From the IMG/VR virus record IMGVR_UViG_3300045988_135453: DNA of 64,000 nt, one strand, 5' to 3'. Position numbers and translations under genes: made by a program. The notes beneath the pieces were generated by a model. That model was not told the origin of the DNA and did no database searches. It worked only from the letters and a program-made list of their open reading frames with translations. Each line of letters opens with the position of its first letter. The stretch's first letter is position 1. The DNA is from a virus. Positions 16,796 through 26,911 of this stretch are shown in pieces.

Positions 16796-19700
16796 CTATT
16801 TGTTCTTCATAAACTGATTTGCCTTTGTCATGCTGTCATAAAGCTTGCCACGGCCATACATATCAATCTTGGCTTCGATTGGCTGCTCCAGACGTTGTAG
16901 GAGCGTGTTTACGGCTTGCAGAAGGGCGACGTTGGTGTTAGCTTGGTAAGACACCATTTCGTCGCTTACAGAAGATCCTGCGGCTATCGTGGGGCTTGTT
17001 TCGGCTACATTGCCAGCGTCGTAGGCGCGACGACCTGAATAGTTGCGGTCGTAATTGACGAGAGCCTTCAACAACTGAGGATTGTTCATCATCATTGCCT
17101 GGGTTGTCTCACGTCCGATTACCAACTCGGGACCATTTTCGGCTACCAGGGACGGATGACCGTTGATGGTGGTGGCGGTAGGACGTGTAAGGAGGTTTAC
17201 GCCGTCGTGTGGCTTATTGTCCTCGGTTGCCCAATAAAGACTACCATCGTTGCCGACGAACGGACGGAGGTCTTGCACGTTGCCGGAATCGTAGGTGAGC
17301 ATACCCGACGTTACCTTCATGTTTGATTTTTTGTTTGAGCTGCTCTTCTTGCTGAAAGCAGAGCTGATAGCCCACTGGAGCAAACCATTTAAGGTTGCCG
17401 TGACAACGGCAGCCGCGATAGGGCCAGCGATAGGACCCAGAAAGTCGAAACACTTGGCAACGGCACCTGCAAGCGAGAGGTTCACACGCGCCTCTGTACT
17501 ATCCGCCTCGCTCTTCACGGCCTCGTCATCGGTCTTCTTTTTAGCCGCTATAGTCGTTGCAAGCACCTGCTCGGTGCCTGCAAGCATGACATCTTGCCCG
17601 ATCTTTGTTATCTGCTTCTGATCCTCGCTACCCTCTTTTGTTGTCTGGGTCATGTTCTTCTGGCCCTTCTCCACAGCCTTTTCCTGATCTTTGACTCCTT
17701 TTTTCTTTATTTCGGCAAGCTCTTTTTGATGTTTCTTTTCATCTGAAAGTTCCTTTTTGCGATTCTTCTTATCCTTATCATCTTTCTTACCAACCTTGAT
17801 ATTAGCGTTAAGAAGCGCATTTGCACCACCCATAGCAATGTCGGCAGCCGCCTCGCCCATATCACTATTACCAGTGGCAACATCAACGGCCGCAGATCCG
17901 ATTTGTCCTCCAAGACCGGCTACCTCCTTATTATAATCATCAATCGTTCCGTCAGGATGACGTTTCTGCCATGCTCTTGGTGGTTCGTCGGTTTGAGGAA
18001 CACTACCGTCGGGATTTGACAATGGCGTGCCATCCTCCTTTGTAGAAACAACATAGCCCGATTTATCCTCGTAATGGTCGCCTGTCCATCGCACCCACAA
18101 AGGATTAGACTCTGTGCCGAAATTGCGCCAATCAATACCATTGAAATCGGTATAGTTGGCTTTTGCGTTGGCACGCGCCGCGTCGATGTCGGGCTGGGCG
18201 TTTGCTCTGCCCCGTTTGGCCGCTGCATCGTTGATAGCCTTCCACATCTGAGTGTTGACATCGTTGACAGCCATCTTTCCCCATGATTCAAGCATAGACT
18301 TGAGGGCAGACTTTATAGCGTCATTTGCGCTCTCGGCATCATAGCGCATTTCAGCAAGAGCCTGGCCTACGGCTGCGCCAAAATCCTCAATGGGCCGCAC
18401 AAGTTCCTTCATCTGCGAGAGGCGCGACTTCATGGCTGTTGCCATCTGATTGGCATAGGCAAGTTCCGCCTCCTGACGGGCACGTTCGGCTTCGTCGATA
18501 AGCTGCTTGTTCTTCGTGTTACGTTCTACAAAGGCGTAATAATCTTCAGCAGCTTGCATACGCGCCTTCATCAGTTCTATCTCCGGGTCGGCCGTGAGAT
18601 CGGCAAGACCGAGATTAGAGAGAAAGTTTGTGCGCTTGCCAAACATCTTGCTTTCGTTCTCCATCTTGCGCAGTTTTGCTTGCTGGGCAAGATTGCGCTT
18701 GTTGGATGACCACCAAAAATCAACTATTTTCTTTGCAGAGTCATACTTCTTTTTCTCGGCTTCCGCATAATTGTCCGAATACTGGATAAGGTTCTGATAA
18801 AAAGCCTTCCAACTATCTTCGCTCTCCCCCAACGATGTCTTGATACGAGCAGCCATGCCGTCGGGATCATCGCCAAAGAGCATTTTCATCAACATTCCCC
18901 TACCCTTCGTAGTAGTAACATCGATCGTATAAAGTTGGGCTATATTCCGGCGAGCTGCCTCAAACATCTCTTTGATGACCTTCTTACGCTTCTCGAAAGC
19001 CGAGTTGTCGAGAACCTCCTTACCGCCAACCATCTTCTTCGTAATGGTTGTCTCCTCCTTTGTAGGCGCGGCATAACCCATTTCATTGAAGTTGTCATAC
19101 GAGTTCTGCTGAACAATACCCGTATAGTCATGCTCCATAGCAATCTTACGGCGAGCCTCCATCTGCTTGAGCTGCATCTTCAGAAGTTCCTGTTCGCTGC
19201 GTGTGGCTTTTGCGAAGATTTGCGCTGTGATGGAGTTCATAGACAGACCGAGGCTGTTGCCCAACTGCTCCATAAGTTTGCGCAAATTTTCGATGTTGTT
19301 GTTCAATATGCCGTCCAACAAATCTTTTGAAAGGTTTACACCCGTCTCATCCGCTTGTTCAACCATATCAGCAGCCATCATCTTCTTTGCGTCTTCCCAT
19401 TTGTTTTCCTTGCCAGCCACAGCAAGGCGTACCTGAGAACGGGCTATTTCTTTGTTTTGTATTAGAGGAAGGACGAACTGCTCCTGCTCAGTCTTGTCCA
19501 TCTTAAGAGATATAGCTTGAGCGATTTTTGCGTTAATCTGACGGTCATAGTAATTGTCCACGTCATCCATGATAGCCTTCGCCTGATCTTGCTTCTGCTT
19601 CAGTTTCTCACGCCAAGCACGTTCTTGGTCGCGCCTGTCTCGAGCCTCCTGACGGATTGCGTCTTTATCCGGAGCGTCTTTTCCGAGAGTGCCTGGATCG

Positions 19701-22700
19701 TCTTCGGTATAATCCGTATATCCTACAGGCACCCAGTTTTTATAAGCCTTATCAATATTAATTAACGTATTCGATCTTCTTCTTGTCGCATTGACATACC
19801 AACGAGAAACAGCAAGAAAATCGACGAGATCTTTTTGAGTCTGAAAGTCTGTAGAAGGAGCCGCCTTGCTGTTTTTGTCATAAGTGTCACGATATATATA
19901 ACCTTGCTTGCCTATTTTCCAATTAAACCCATCAACCAAGCCCGTCTTCTCCTTCGGAGCCATTTTCGCCAATTTCATAAACAGAGCATCGCCACCTATT
20001 CCTGCGGTTACCCATCGGTCTATGTCCTGGAATGTGACACCAAGTTTTGTCAACCCAAACTTCTCGACATAAGCCATCAATGCGTTGGAAGCTGCATTTC
20101 TGTTGGAATCCAACTTAGGCAATGCTTGTTGTTTCGCTTGCTCACGCATACGGTAATAAGTAGCTCTTTGAGCCTCTTGTGCCAGTTCTGAATAATGGTC
20201 TCGCAAATCCTTGACGCTCTTAATCTCGATGCCAAGTTTAGTGATATAAGAGCGGAAATCCCTGTTAAATCGTGATATAATTCCCTGACGTTCCTTTTGC
20301 GAAAGGTTTGCCTCGCTTATCATCCGCTTATAGTTTGCAAGCTTTTTGTTTAGATTACTGGTCTCCACGGCAGCTTGTCCAAGAGTTTCGCGCCATGCGT
20401 TAGCTTGTCGCTGTGCTTCCTTCTCGGCCTGTGCTGCCTCCTTTGCACGTTGTGCATATCCATATATAGCTCCTGCCACACCGACAATGATGCTCGCAAG
20501 GGCTATCCACGGATTCAGCTTCATTGTCTTATTCAACGTGCTTTGCGCTGCGTTAGCCGTGAAGAGAGCTCTCACATATTGGAACATGGCCTTTCCAGCC
20601 ATACCGAGTGCTGCTACATATTGATAAAGAAGTCTCAGTCCAGAATATACACCTTGCGATGCCATATATCCGATAATCACTGGAAGAAATGTTGCGATAC
20701 CTTTTAGCGAAATAAGGACCATCTGCAAAGCAACCTGCAACGTTCCTTTCAACAATGGGCTGCTTGTCATGGTCTTCGACATCTCATACCACCATTCTGC
20801 CATTCCCTTCACTGCATCCACACCATCAGGATTGACAAATGCCTTCTCCCAAAGATTATTGGCTCTTTCGAGGATACCTATTGCACTCATCTGTTGCATC
20901 GAGTATTCCTTGCCTACAGCGGTGGCTTCCTCGAAAGCTTCCTGCGACTCGTAGAGATGGTCTTTCAACATGTCCACGTTCTTAGCCATTGTAACCATAG
21001 AAGAAATGAGTCGTTGACCGTCGCCACCTACGTCCTCGAAGATTTCACCAAGAGCATTCATATTGCCCTTCTCCTTCATCTTCTCAAGAATGAGGACAAT
21101 AGCATCCATAGCGTTACCTGCCTGATACATGCTGTTAATGGTTCCAGCAGGAATGGCAAGGTCTTTTTCTATCAAGTTATGATTCTTCTGCAACGCCACG
21201 ATAAACTTAGACATAGCGGTGGCTGCAACTTCGGGCGAAGCCATCTGCGCACTGAACGCACTACCAAGGGCGAGTAACTGGTCGGTTGTTATACCGGCTG
21301 TTCGTGCCACACCCGTGCATCTCTTCGCAAATTCAGTAATGTCACTGCTCGTGGCAGTAGATGTAGAAGCCAACTTAAACATAGAAGATCCTACAGCTTC
21401 AATGGATTTCTCGAGTCCCATCTTCGGGATAAGACCCATCACTTCCGTCATCTTCAGCAATGATGGGAGGGCCTTTTCACCCATTTCCTCGCCGATTGCT
21501 ACGTTAATTTTATCGGCGGCTCTTACAAATTGAGCCATACCTTCCACTCCGTACTTTCCTACGCCGAGCTTAGATGCCTCATACGCGAGTTGTGCCAGTC
21601 CATTCACGCTTGTTCTGGTGTCGATTTTAGCCAGTTCGGTGGAGAGTTGTTTTACCTGCTCCATCGTTAGACCGCTGACTTTACGGATGTCAGTCAACGA
21701 ACCCGAATACTCAAAGTTTTTCTTGATGGCACCCGCAACGAGGTCTTTTACATGATTGAATATCGCAAACAATCCGACGTATGCCGTGAGGTTCTTCATC
21801 GCTGTATGCCATGCCCCACCCTGCTTGTTGGCCGCGCCCGTCACCTCGTCGATGTTCTTCTTCAGTTCTTTCATCGACTTCTGCTTGTCGGCAAACTCCT
21901 TGCTCTTGGTATTGATTTGGTTCAGTTCCTCTTCAAGCTGCTTGTATGCACGGCGCAGTTCGTCAAGGGAGGCCTTGCCTTGCTTGCTACGAGTGAGAAT
22001 GTCGTTAAGAGCCATCTGCGACATACGGGTGCCCTTAAGCGTCTGTTCAAGCATGGAGTATTGGCGACGGAGGTCGGCAACATACTTGCTGCCAGCAGGG
22101 AGTTGTTGTATCTTCTGCTGTATCACCTCCATCGTGCGCTTGATGTCTTCGCCCGAAGCCTTGTTAGGTTCAGCCAACACCTGCTTCATCTGTTTCCAGC
22201 TCATTGATGTTTTCTGAGCCTTACCCGACACAGCCTCCAGTCGCTTCTCTATCTCCTGGAGCTCTTTGTTGTATTGCGCAATGTCGCCAGTATTTGCTGT
22301 AGGAGTTTTGTCACGAGCCTCAGTAAGCGTGGTCTTAGCGCGTCGCAGGTCGGAAGCCGAAGCATTACCATTGCTCACAGCCTGACGTGCCTCAGTTACG
22401 CTCATCTTGCCCTTACGTCTGTCCTCCTCGGCTTCAAGCTGCTTCAATGTGGCAAGGTTCTGCTGATACGACGCATCCGACTTTTGCAGCGAACCAACAA
22501 GGTCACGCTGTTGCTTAATGGCCTTATCGAGCCACTGATCGGATTGGTTCTTTACATTCTTCAAGCCATCGGCTATATTAACATACTGACCCTCGATAAG
22601 GCGCATTTGGTCGCCCACCTGCTTCATCTCGCTTCGTATCTGCTCTGCCCTCTTCAGGTCGGCATCCGAGCCGGTAAGACCTGCGAGAGCCGACTTACCC

Positions 22701-22984
22701 GAACCCATAGCACGGCGAAGATCACGCAGTTTAGTATTGGCAAGGTCTTGCACCACCTCGCCCAATCGCTTCGTGTCCTCGATATTGTCACGCTGTACTT
22801 GCGAGAGAGCCTTTAGCGTGCGTTCTGCTTGCTTGCATTCAGCCGTATTAGCCTGTCCTGCGGCAGTCATCTTCTGAATGTCGGCAGTATATTTCTGCAC
22901 AAGAGCGTCAATCTCTTCCAATACCTTTTTGGCTGTAGAGGCATTGGCCGTGATTACTACTTTTGCTAATCTTTGTGTTGCCAT
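16796..22984 (-). CDS. tail tape measure protein (2062 aa)
   Basis: Very long, coiled-coil-rich ORF. The central region ...MTEVMGLIPKMGLEKSIEAVGSSMFKLASTSTATSSDITEFAKRCTGVARTAGITTDQLLALGSAFSAQMASPEVAATAMSKFIVALQKN resembles the TP901-family TMP core, followed by hydrophobic TM-like segments. CA-rich leader at 22993-23004. Confidence 0.85.
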   Translation of the reverse strand: MATQRLAKVVITANASTAKKVLEEIDALVQKYTADIQKMTAAGQANTAECKQAERTLKALSQVQRDNIEDTKRLGEVVQDLANTKLRDLRRAMGSGKSALAGLTGSDADLKRAEQIRSEMKQVGDQMRLIEGQYVNIADGLKNVKNQSDQWLDKAIKQQRDLVGSLQKSDASYQQNLATLKQLEAEEDRRKGKMSVTEARQAVSNGNASASDLRRAKTTLTEARDKTPTANTGDIAQYNKELQEIEKRLEAVSGKAQKTSMSWKQMKQVLAEPNKASGEDIKRTMEVIQQKIQQLPAGSKYVADLRRQYSMLEQTLKGTRMSQMALNDILTRSKQGKASLDELRRAYKQLEEELNQINTKSKEFADKQKSMKELKKNIDEVTGAANKQGGAWHTAMKNLTAYVGLFAIFNHVKDLVAGAIKKNFEYSGSLTDIRKVSGLTMEQVKQLSTELAKIDTRTSVNGLAQLAYEASKLGVGKYGVEGMAQFVRAADKINVAIGEEMGEKALPSLLKMTEVMGLIPKMGLEKSIEAVGSSMFKLASTSTATSSDITEFAKRCTGVARTAGITTDQLLALGSAFSAQMASPEVAATAMSKFIVALQKNHNLIEKDLAIPAGTINSMYQAGNAMDAIVLILEKMKEKGNMNALGEIFEDVGGDGQRLISSMVTMAKNVDMLKDHLYESQEAFEEATAVGKEYSMQQMSAIGILERANNLWEKAFVNPDGVDAVKGMAEWWYEMSKTMTSSPLLKGTLQVALQMVLISLKGIATFLPVIIGYMASQGVYSGLRLLYQYVAALGMAGKAMFQYVRALFTANAAQSTLNKTMKLNPWIALASIIVGVAGAIYGYAQRAKEAAQAEKEAQRQANAWRETLGQAAVETSNLNKKLANYKRMISEANLSQKERQGIISRFNRDFRSYITKLGIEIKSVKDLRDHYSELAQEAQRATYYRMREQAKQQALPKLDSNRNAASNALMAYVEKFGLTKLGVTFQDIDRWVTAGIGGDALFMKLAKMAPKEKTGLVDGFNWKIGKQGYIYRDTYDKNSKAAPSTDFQTQKDLVDFLAVSRWYVNATRRRSNTLINIDKAYKNWVPVGYTDYTEDDPGTLGKDAPDKDAIRQEARDRRDQERAWREKLKQKQDQAKAIMDDVDNYYDRQINAKIAQAISLKMDKTEQEQFVLPLIQNKEIARSQVRLAVAGKENKWEDAKKMMAADMVEQADETGVNLSKDLLDGILNNNIENLRKLMEQLGNSLGLSMNSITAQIFAKATRSEQELLKMQLKQMEARRKIAMEHDYTGIVQQNSYDNFNEMGYAAPTKEETTITKKMVGGKEVLDNSAFEKRKKVIKEMFEAARRNIAQLYTIDVTTTKGRGMLMKMLFGDDPDGMAARIKTSLGESEDSWKAFYQNLIQYSDNYAEAEKKKYDSAKKIVDFWWSSNKRNLAQQAKLRKMENESKMFGKRTNFLSNLGLADLTADPEIELMKARMQAAEDYYAFVERNTKNKQLIDEAERARQEAELAYANQMATAMKSRLSQMKELVRPIEDFGAAVGQALAEMRYDAESANDAIKSALKSMLESWGKMAVNDVNTQMWKAINDAAAKRGRANAQPDIDAARANAKANYTDFNGIDWRNFGTESNPLWVRWTGDHYEDKSGYVVSTKEDGTPLSNPDGSVPQTDEPPRAWQKRHPDGTIDDYNKEVAGLGGQIGSAAVDVATGNSDMGEAAADIAMGGANALLNANIKVGKKDDKDKKNRKKELSDEKKHQKELAEIKKKGVKDQEKAVEKGQKNMTQTTKEGSEDQKQITKIGQDVMLAGTEQVLATTIAAKKKTDDEAVKSEADSTEARVNLSLAGAVAKCFDFLGPIAGPIAAAVVTATLNGLLQWAISSAFSKKSSSNKKSNMKVTSGMLTYDSGNVQDLRPFVGNDGSLYWATEDNKPHDGVNLLTRPTATTINGHPSLVAENGPELVIGRETTQAMMMNNPQLLKALVNYDRNYSGRRAYDAGNVAETSPTIAAGSSVSDEMVSYQANTNVALLQAVNTLLQRLEQPIEAKIDMYGRGKLYDSMTKANQFMKNK

Positions 22985-23004
22985 TGTCTTCTGTTTTTGT
23001 GTTG

Positions 23005-23532
23005 TTAGAGAGTGATATGGATGTCAGAATCCTCAAAAGCCTTAATTATCTGTGCTTCGCCCTGGTAGCCGTAGAAGTCAACGAGATAGTTTTGCATACG
23101 CGATTTCAGGTGTCGAAGCTCCATCATAATGGCAGGACGCTGAGAGCGACCCGCTCCATAGCGTTTCCATGAACGGACATAGCGGCGAGAATAGTTGGCC
23201 TTTCGTGCGCTATCCACATCGTTGTACTTAGTGCCGAGACCAACACCCATATCCACGAAGCGCATATAGTCGTTGTAGGTAAACTCGTAGGTCCAGCCTT
23301 CGGGAGTGTCGTTCACAATCCTGCCTTGGAAAGAGTTTACGCCCACTCCTTCGGCGTGCCATTGTCCGCGTGCTCCACGGGCATCGTTTATTGCCCGGAA
23401 GCCGCTGTAAATCTCCTTCGGGAAGATGCACTGCGTCTCGGTGTTTATCTTGAGCTGACGCAACACGTCGCCAAGATACCATCGTGCGGTGTCTTTAAAA
23501 TCAAAAGCTGGGGCTTGTATTGGCTTTGGCAT
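23005..23532 (-). CDS. hypothetical protein upstream of tape measure (175 aa)
   Basis: ATG ORF. Its position suggests a tail-assembly role, but no motif or frameshift signal was seen. Confidence 0.6.
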   Translation of the reverse strand: MPKPIQAPAFDFKDTARWYLGDVLRQLKINTETQCIFPKEIYSGFRAINDARGARGQWHAEGVGVNSFQGRIVNDTPEGWTYEFTYNDYMRFVDMGVGLGTKYNDVDSARKANYSRRYVRSWKRYGAGRSQRPAIMMELRHLKSRMQNYLVDFYGYQGEAQIIKAFEDSDIHITL

Positions 23533-23538
23533 GACGTT

Positions 23539-24141
23539 TTACTTTTTATTATCATCAGAGTTTTCCTCTTTCGGCACGATATACTTACCGTTGCTACCAC
23601 ACGCGAAGTTGTAGAGCGGTTGCAGGCTCTTCCAGTCCATGCCCACAACGAGCCATTGTCCGGCATAGATGTCGCCCACCATGCCGAAGGAGATGCTGCT
23701 GGTATCGATGCTTTGCAGCTCTGCCATCACCACGGCATCATCGGCAAACGATCGCTTTGTAACGGGGCAGCGGCCTGTGCGCTTCACCTCGATAAGCCAG
23801 GCGATGAGGTCCTTGCAGTAGTCGGTGAGGTCGTTGGCCGTGCGCTCTATCTTGTTGCCGTCGTAACGGCCGAGGGTCTGCGGCGTGTCCTTCACCTTGG
23901 CGAGAAACCACACCTGGTGAGAGACAGATGCCTTCTTTGCGTCAACGAGTTCGCCAGTAGTCAGTACGCTGTATAGCATACACGGTGAGTGAACGATGTT
24001 GGCGTTACGGGAAAAGATGTTCTCAAGGTCGATGTAGCGGATGCGGAAGAAACTCTGGTCTTCGAGGCGTTCGCTTTCGGGGTTGTGAGAAAGGGGCTTG
24101 TAGATGGAAGCCCAATGCTCAAGAATGTTGCTTATTGTCAT
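23539..24141 (-). CDS. hypothetical protein (200 aa)
   Basis: ATG ORF, co-oriented, no motif recognised. Confidence 0.6.
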   Translation of the reverse strand: MTISNILEHWASIYKPLSHNPESERLEDQSFFRIRYIDLENIFSRNANIVHSPCMLYSVLTTGELVDAKKASVSHQVWFLAKVKDTPQTLGRYDGNKIERTANDLTDYCKDLIAWLIEVKRTGRCPVTKRSFADDAVVMAELQSIDTSSISFGMVGDIYAGQWLVVGMDWKSLQPLYNFACGSNGKYIVPKEENSDDNKK

Positions 24142-24259
24142 GTGACTTGGATTTTTATTCTATCAACAGATTTCACAGATTTCACAGAAATAGAATGTTC
24201 TTTTCAAGTATTGAATGTTCGCCATTAGCAAAGCACATGGATTCTTCACTCTTCGTTCT

Positions 24260-24775
24260 TCACTCTTCACTTTTCTCTTCATTCTCCTCCTTATCCTTCA
24301 TCAGCTCTTTCAGTTTCACATTGAAGTGTCGCTCGGTCTTGTCAGCCACAATCTTTTGAAGCACTCTTGCCCAGGCCGCTCCGTTGCATGTGCTCTCATT
24401 TTCGAGTATGCTGACAAACTGCACCAGGCAGTACATGGCGGTGAGCTGGTTGGCGAGGTGGGTGTTCATATAGCCAAGAATGTTGCGGTCGAGATACGAG
24501 GCGAGGCAGATACACATTATGAGCACCGAGAAGGTCCACACCATTTTTGCCATTTTCTTGGAGCGCAACTTGCCGTCCATCTTACACTTCGGGTTACGCT
24601 TTATCTCCTCGCGGTATCTTTGGTAAATGCGACGGTTGCACCTCCACGCCGTATAGCAGTCGATGATGAGGGCGAAGAAGCACACGGTGATAAAATTGAT
24701 AGAGGGTTCGATGTGAACCCACAGCAAGCCGAGCACTGCGGCAATGGCTCGCGAGACGTAGAATGGATTGTTCAT
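24260..24775 (-). CDS. holin (Phage_holin_4_1 / TcdE-like family)
   Basis: 171 aa with several TM segments. FALIIDCYTAW and LVQFVSILENES match the conserved (D..TG) and (SILEN) blocks of this holin family. Charged C-terminal tail. Confidence 0.6.
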   Translation of the reverse strand: MNNPFYVSRAIAAVLGLLWVHIEPSINFITVCFFALIIDCYTAWRCNRRIYQRYREEIKRNPKCKMDGKLRSKKMAKMVWTFSVLIMCICLASYLDRNILGYMNTHLANQLTAMYCLVQFVSILENESTCNGAAWARVLQKIVADKTERHFNVKLKELMKDKEENEEKSEE

Positions 24776-24850
24776 GTTTTTGTGTTGTGTTTTGTGTTGT
24801 TGTTGTCCTGAATTTTATACAACAAAGTTACTGATAAGATGCTACGCAAT

Positions 24851-24888
24851 GCGGACATGGTGGGGTACGGGATATTGAGGATGTCCGC
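24851..24888. promoter_or_regulatory. inverted repeat in the divergent control region
   Basis: GCGGACAT (24851-24858) / ATGTCCGC (24881-24888), 22-nt spacer, between the divergent starts at 24775 (-) and 24938 (+). Confidence 0.3.
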
Positions 24889-24937
24889 ACGGGGGACGGG
24901 GAATATTGTAACTTTGACTATATAAAAACACAAAACT

Positions 24938-25696
24938 ATGTCAGGAATCACGCAAAATACATTGGCCCGCATCGACAAGTGGCTCTCTTACGGCACGAGT
25001 ATGCAGACGGCGTTCCCCAAGCTGGATCAACGCTACCGTATGCAGATATGCTCGGAGTTTTATAAACGATGGGTGCAAAACAAGGACATCGACCCTCGAA
25101 CGGTGTGCCGCAACATTGCCCGACGCGACTATGAGCTGTTCTTCAACCAGGCAGCACAGGGCAACAAAGAGGCGCAGGAGTATGTGCTTGCGCTGAAGAT
25201 TACGCTCGATGACGATGGCAACATCTGTCCGCGCACGGTCACGGAGCTCAACAACGACGTACTGGTGTGCAACCATCTGATACGGTTCTTCCAGACCGAC
25301 GAGAGTCCACGCCATAAGGGTATGTTTCTCAGTGCGGCAGAATGGCTCATCCGCACGGGCAAGCAGCAGAACAACGACCGTGCCGTGACTAAAGGCATGG
25401 AAGCATTGGGCAAAATCTACAAAGACTTCGACGAGGAGCGCGACGCTACAGACGAGATGCCGGACATGAGTCGCATTGCCATCACGCAGGACGTGAGCAT
25501 CGTGAAGCGCGACCGCATCAACTACACCGAAGAGGAGAAGCTGCGCATGGCCCGCAAGTATGGTCTTACTACAAAAGACCTCCAAGAGATAGAAGACGAA
25601 GAAATGTTTAGCGACAAGCGAGAGGAAGAACCTGACTACTTCGAGTATATGGAAGGTGAAAGTGAAGAGGGGAAAGTGAAGAGTGATACTGAATAA
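24938..25696 (+). CDS. hypothetical protein with acidic C-terminus (first gene of the plus-strand operon)
   Basis: 252-aa ATG ORF with protein-like composition. The longer antisense ORF 24941..25822 looks like a shadow. A small-terminase role is possible by position but unsupported. Confidence 0.6.
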   Translation: MSGITQNTLARIDKWLSYGTSMQTAFPKLDQRYRMQICSEFYKRWVQNKDIDPRTVCRNIARRDYELFFNQAAQGNKEAQEYVLALKITLDDDGNICPRTVTELNNDVLVCNHLIRFFQTDESPRHKGMFLSAAEWLIRTGKQQNNDRAVTKGMEALGKIYKDFDEERDATDEMPDMSRIAITQDVSIVKRDRINYTEEEKLRMARKYGLTTKDLQEIEDEEMFSDKREEEPDYFEYMEGESEEGKVKSDTE

Positions 25697-25718
25697 ACAG
25701 AAAATATAGGGAATAGAG

Positions 25719-26791
25719 ATGAAAATAGGACTCATAGACGTGGATGGGCGACACGGCAAAAAGAAATGGGGAGCTACGATATACCCTAACGTGGCTCTCG
25801 GCAAGATTGCCCGTTGGCACACGATGCGGGGAGATGAAGTGGAATGGGCACAGCCTACCGACCTTTTCGACAGGCATCATTACGATATACTGTATGCCAG
25901 CAAGGTTTTCAACTTTTCGCCCGACATCGACTTTCGGCAGTTCTCCTACGACCGACTGGAGAAGGGTGGAACGGGCTACGACATCTATAAGCGTCTACCC
26001 GACGAGATAGACCGAATACAACCACTATACGAGTTGTTCCCATGGGTGCCAAAGGACCATGCTTACGGCAAACTGACCGAGGGCTGTCCCAACAAGTGTT
26101 TTTGGTGTGTGGTGCCAAAGAAGGAAGGGTTCATCCGTCCGTACATGGATATAGAAGAGATAGCCATCGGGGGCAGAACGCACGTTGTGCTAATGGATAA
26201 CAACATCCTTGCAGCTGGCGACTATGCAAAAGAACAGTTGGAAAAAATCATTCGGGGGGGTATCATATCGACTTCAATCAGGCGATGGACGCACGGCTTG
26301 TCACTACCGAATATGCAGAACTGTTGGGCAAAGTGAAATGGATAGACTCTCGCATCCGCTTCGGTTGCGACACCACGGCACAGATAGCGGAATGTGAACG
26401 AGCCATGAAGCTAATCAATGATGCAGGATTCCGTGGCGAATACTTTCTCTATACCATGATAGGCGGAAAGAACGACTTCCGAGAATGTTACCACCGTCTA
26501 CACTACTGGTGGGAGCGACTGCAACGCTTCCGCAAGAACCATGAAGGCAGAGCCGTGTATGCCTACGCACAACCATACCGCAACCCTACAAATCCAAATC
26601 ACGCCATCCCCGAATGGCAAAAGGATATGGCCCGATGGTGCAACAAGCGAATGATTTTCTGCACCACCGACTTTAAGGACTTCATGCCAAGAAAAGGATT
26701 CAAATGTGAGTGGTATCTGAGGGAGTACAGAGTGAGCGAAACAAAACAGAAGTATCTGTTTGATGCAAACAATGGGCATCGTGGGGTATAA
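25719..26791 (+). CDS. radical SAM enzyme, reading frame broken at a G7 run
   Basis: Track ORFs 25719..26336 and 26285..26791 are two halves of one protein. The first half has MKIGLIDVDG... (B12-binding-like) and the CPNKCFWC cluster (CxxxCxxC). After G7 (26254-26260), the -1 frame reads YHIDFNQAMDARLV..., the expected continuation. One extra G would give a single ~357-aa ORF. Confidence 0.7.
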
Positions 26792-26828
26792 ACAATGGGC
26801 ATCGTTTGTATGTAACAATGGGCATCGT
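26768..26828 (+). repeat. three direct copies of AACAATGGGCATCGT at exact 23-nt spacing
   Basis: Copies at 26768-26782, 26791-26805 and 26814-26828, spanning the radical SAM stop codon (26789-26791). The small hairpin TCGTTT gaaa AAACGA follows. Confidence 0.85.
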
Positions 26829-26911
26829 TTGAAAAAACGACTTTTCGACAGTTTCCATCAAAAGAGTAAAAGACATTATACAAATAACGACAATTTAAAA
26901 TGTAAGTGACA

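Noticed and set aside
16796-22984. Dozens of 60-180-aa ORFs on both strands inside the tape-measure gene
   Set aside because: All are nested in a single uninterrupted 2062-codon frame with TMP-like sequence. Long GC-balanced genes generate such shadows.
23005-24141. G/GT-type programmed -1 frameshift in the two genes upstream of the tape measure
   Set aside because: The second ORF has its own ATG 6 nt after the first stop. Shifting at the terminal AAAAAG leads to a stop after about 29 codons. No X_XXY_YYZ heptamer with an extended overlapping frame was found.
24777-24940. Invertible promoter between the holin operon and the plus-strand operon (GTTTTGTGTT ... AACACAAAAC inverted words)
   Set aside because: The inverted words are simply the CA-rich leader motif, which precedes both divergent genes in their own orientations. 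The arms are short (about 10 nt) and no recombinase is present.
24941-25822. 293-aa minus-strand ORF, longer than the plus-strand ORF it overlaps
   Set aside because: Its composition (runs of L/V/R/H, e.g. ...HAQLLLFGVVDAVALHDAHVLRDG...) is typical of an antisense shadow. The plus-strand ORF 24938..25696 has a proper leader, sits in an operon and has protein-like sequence.
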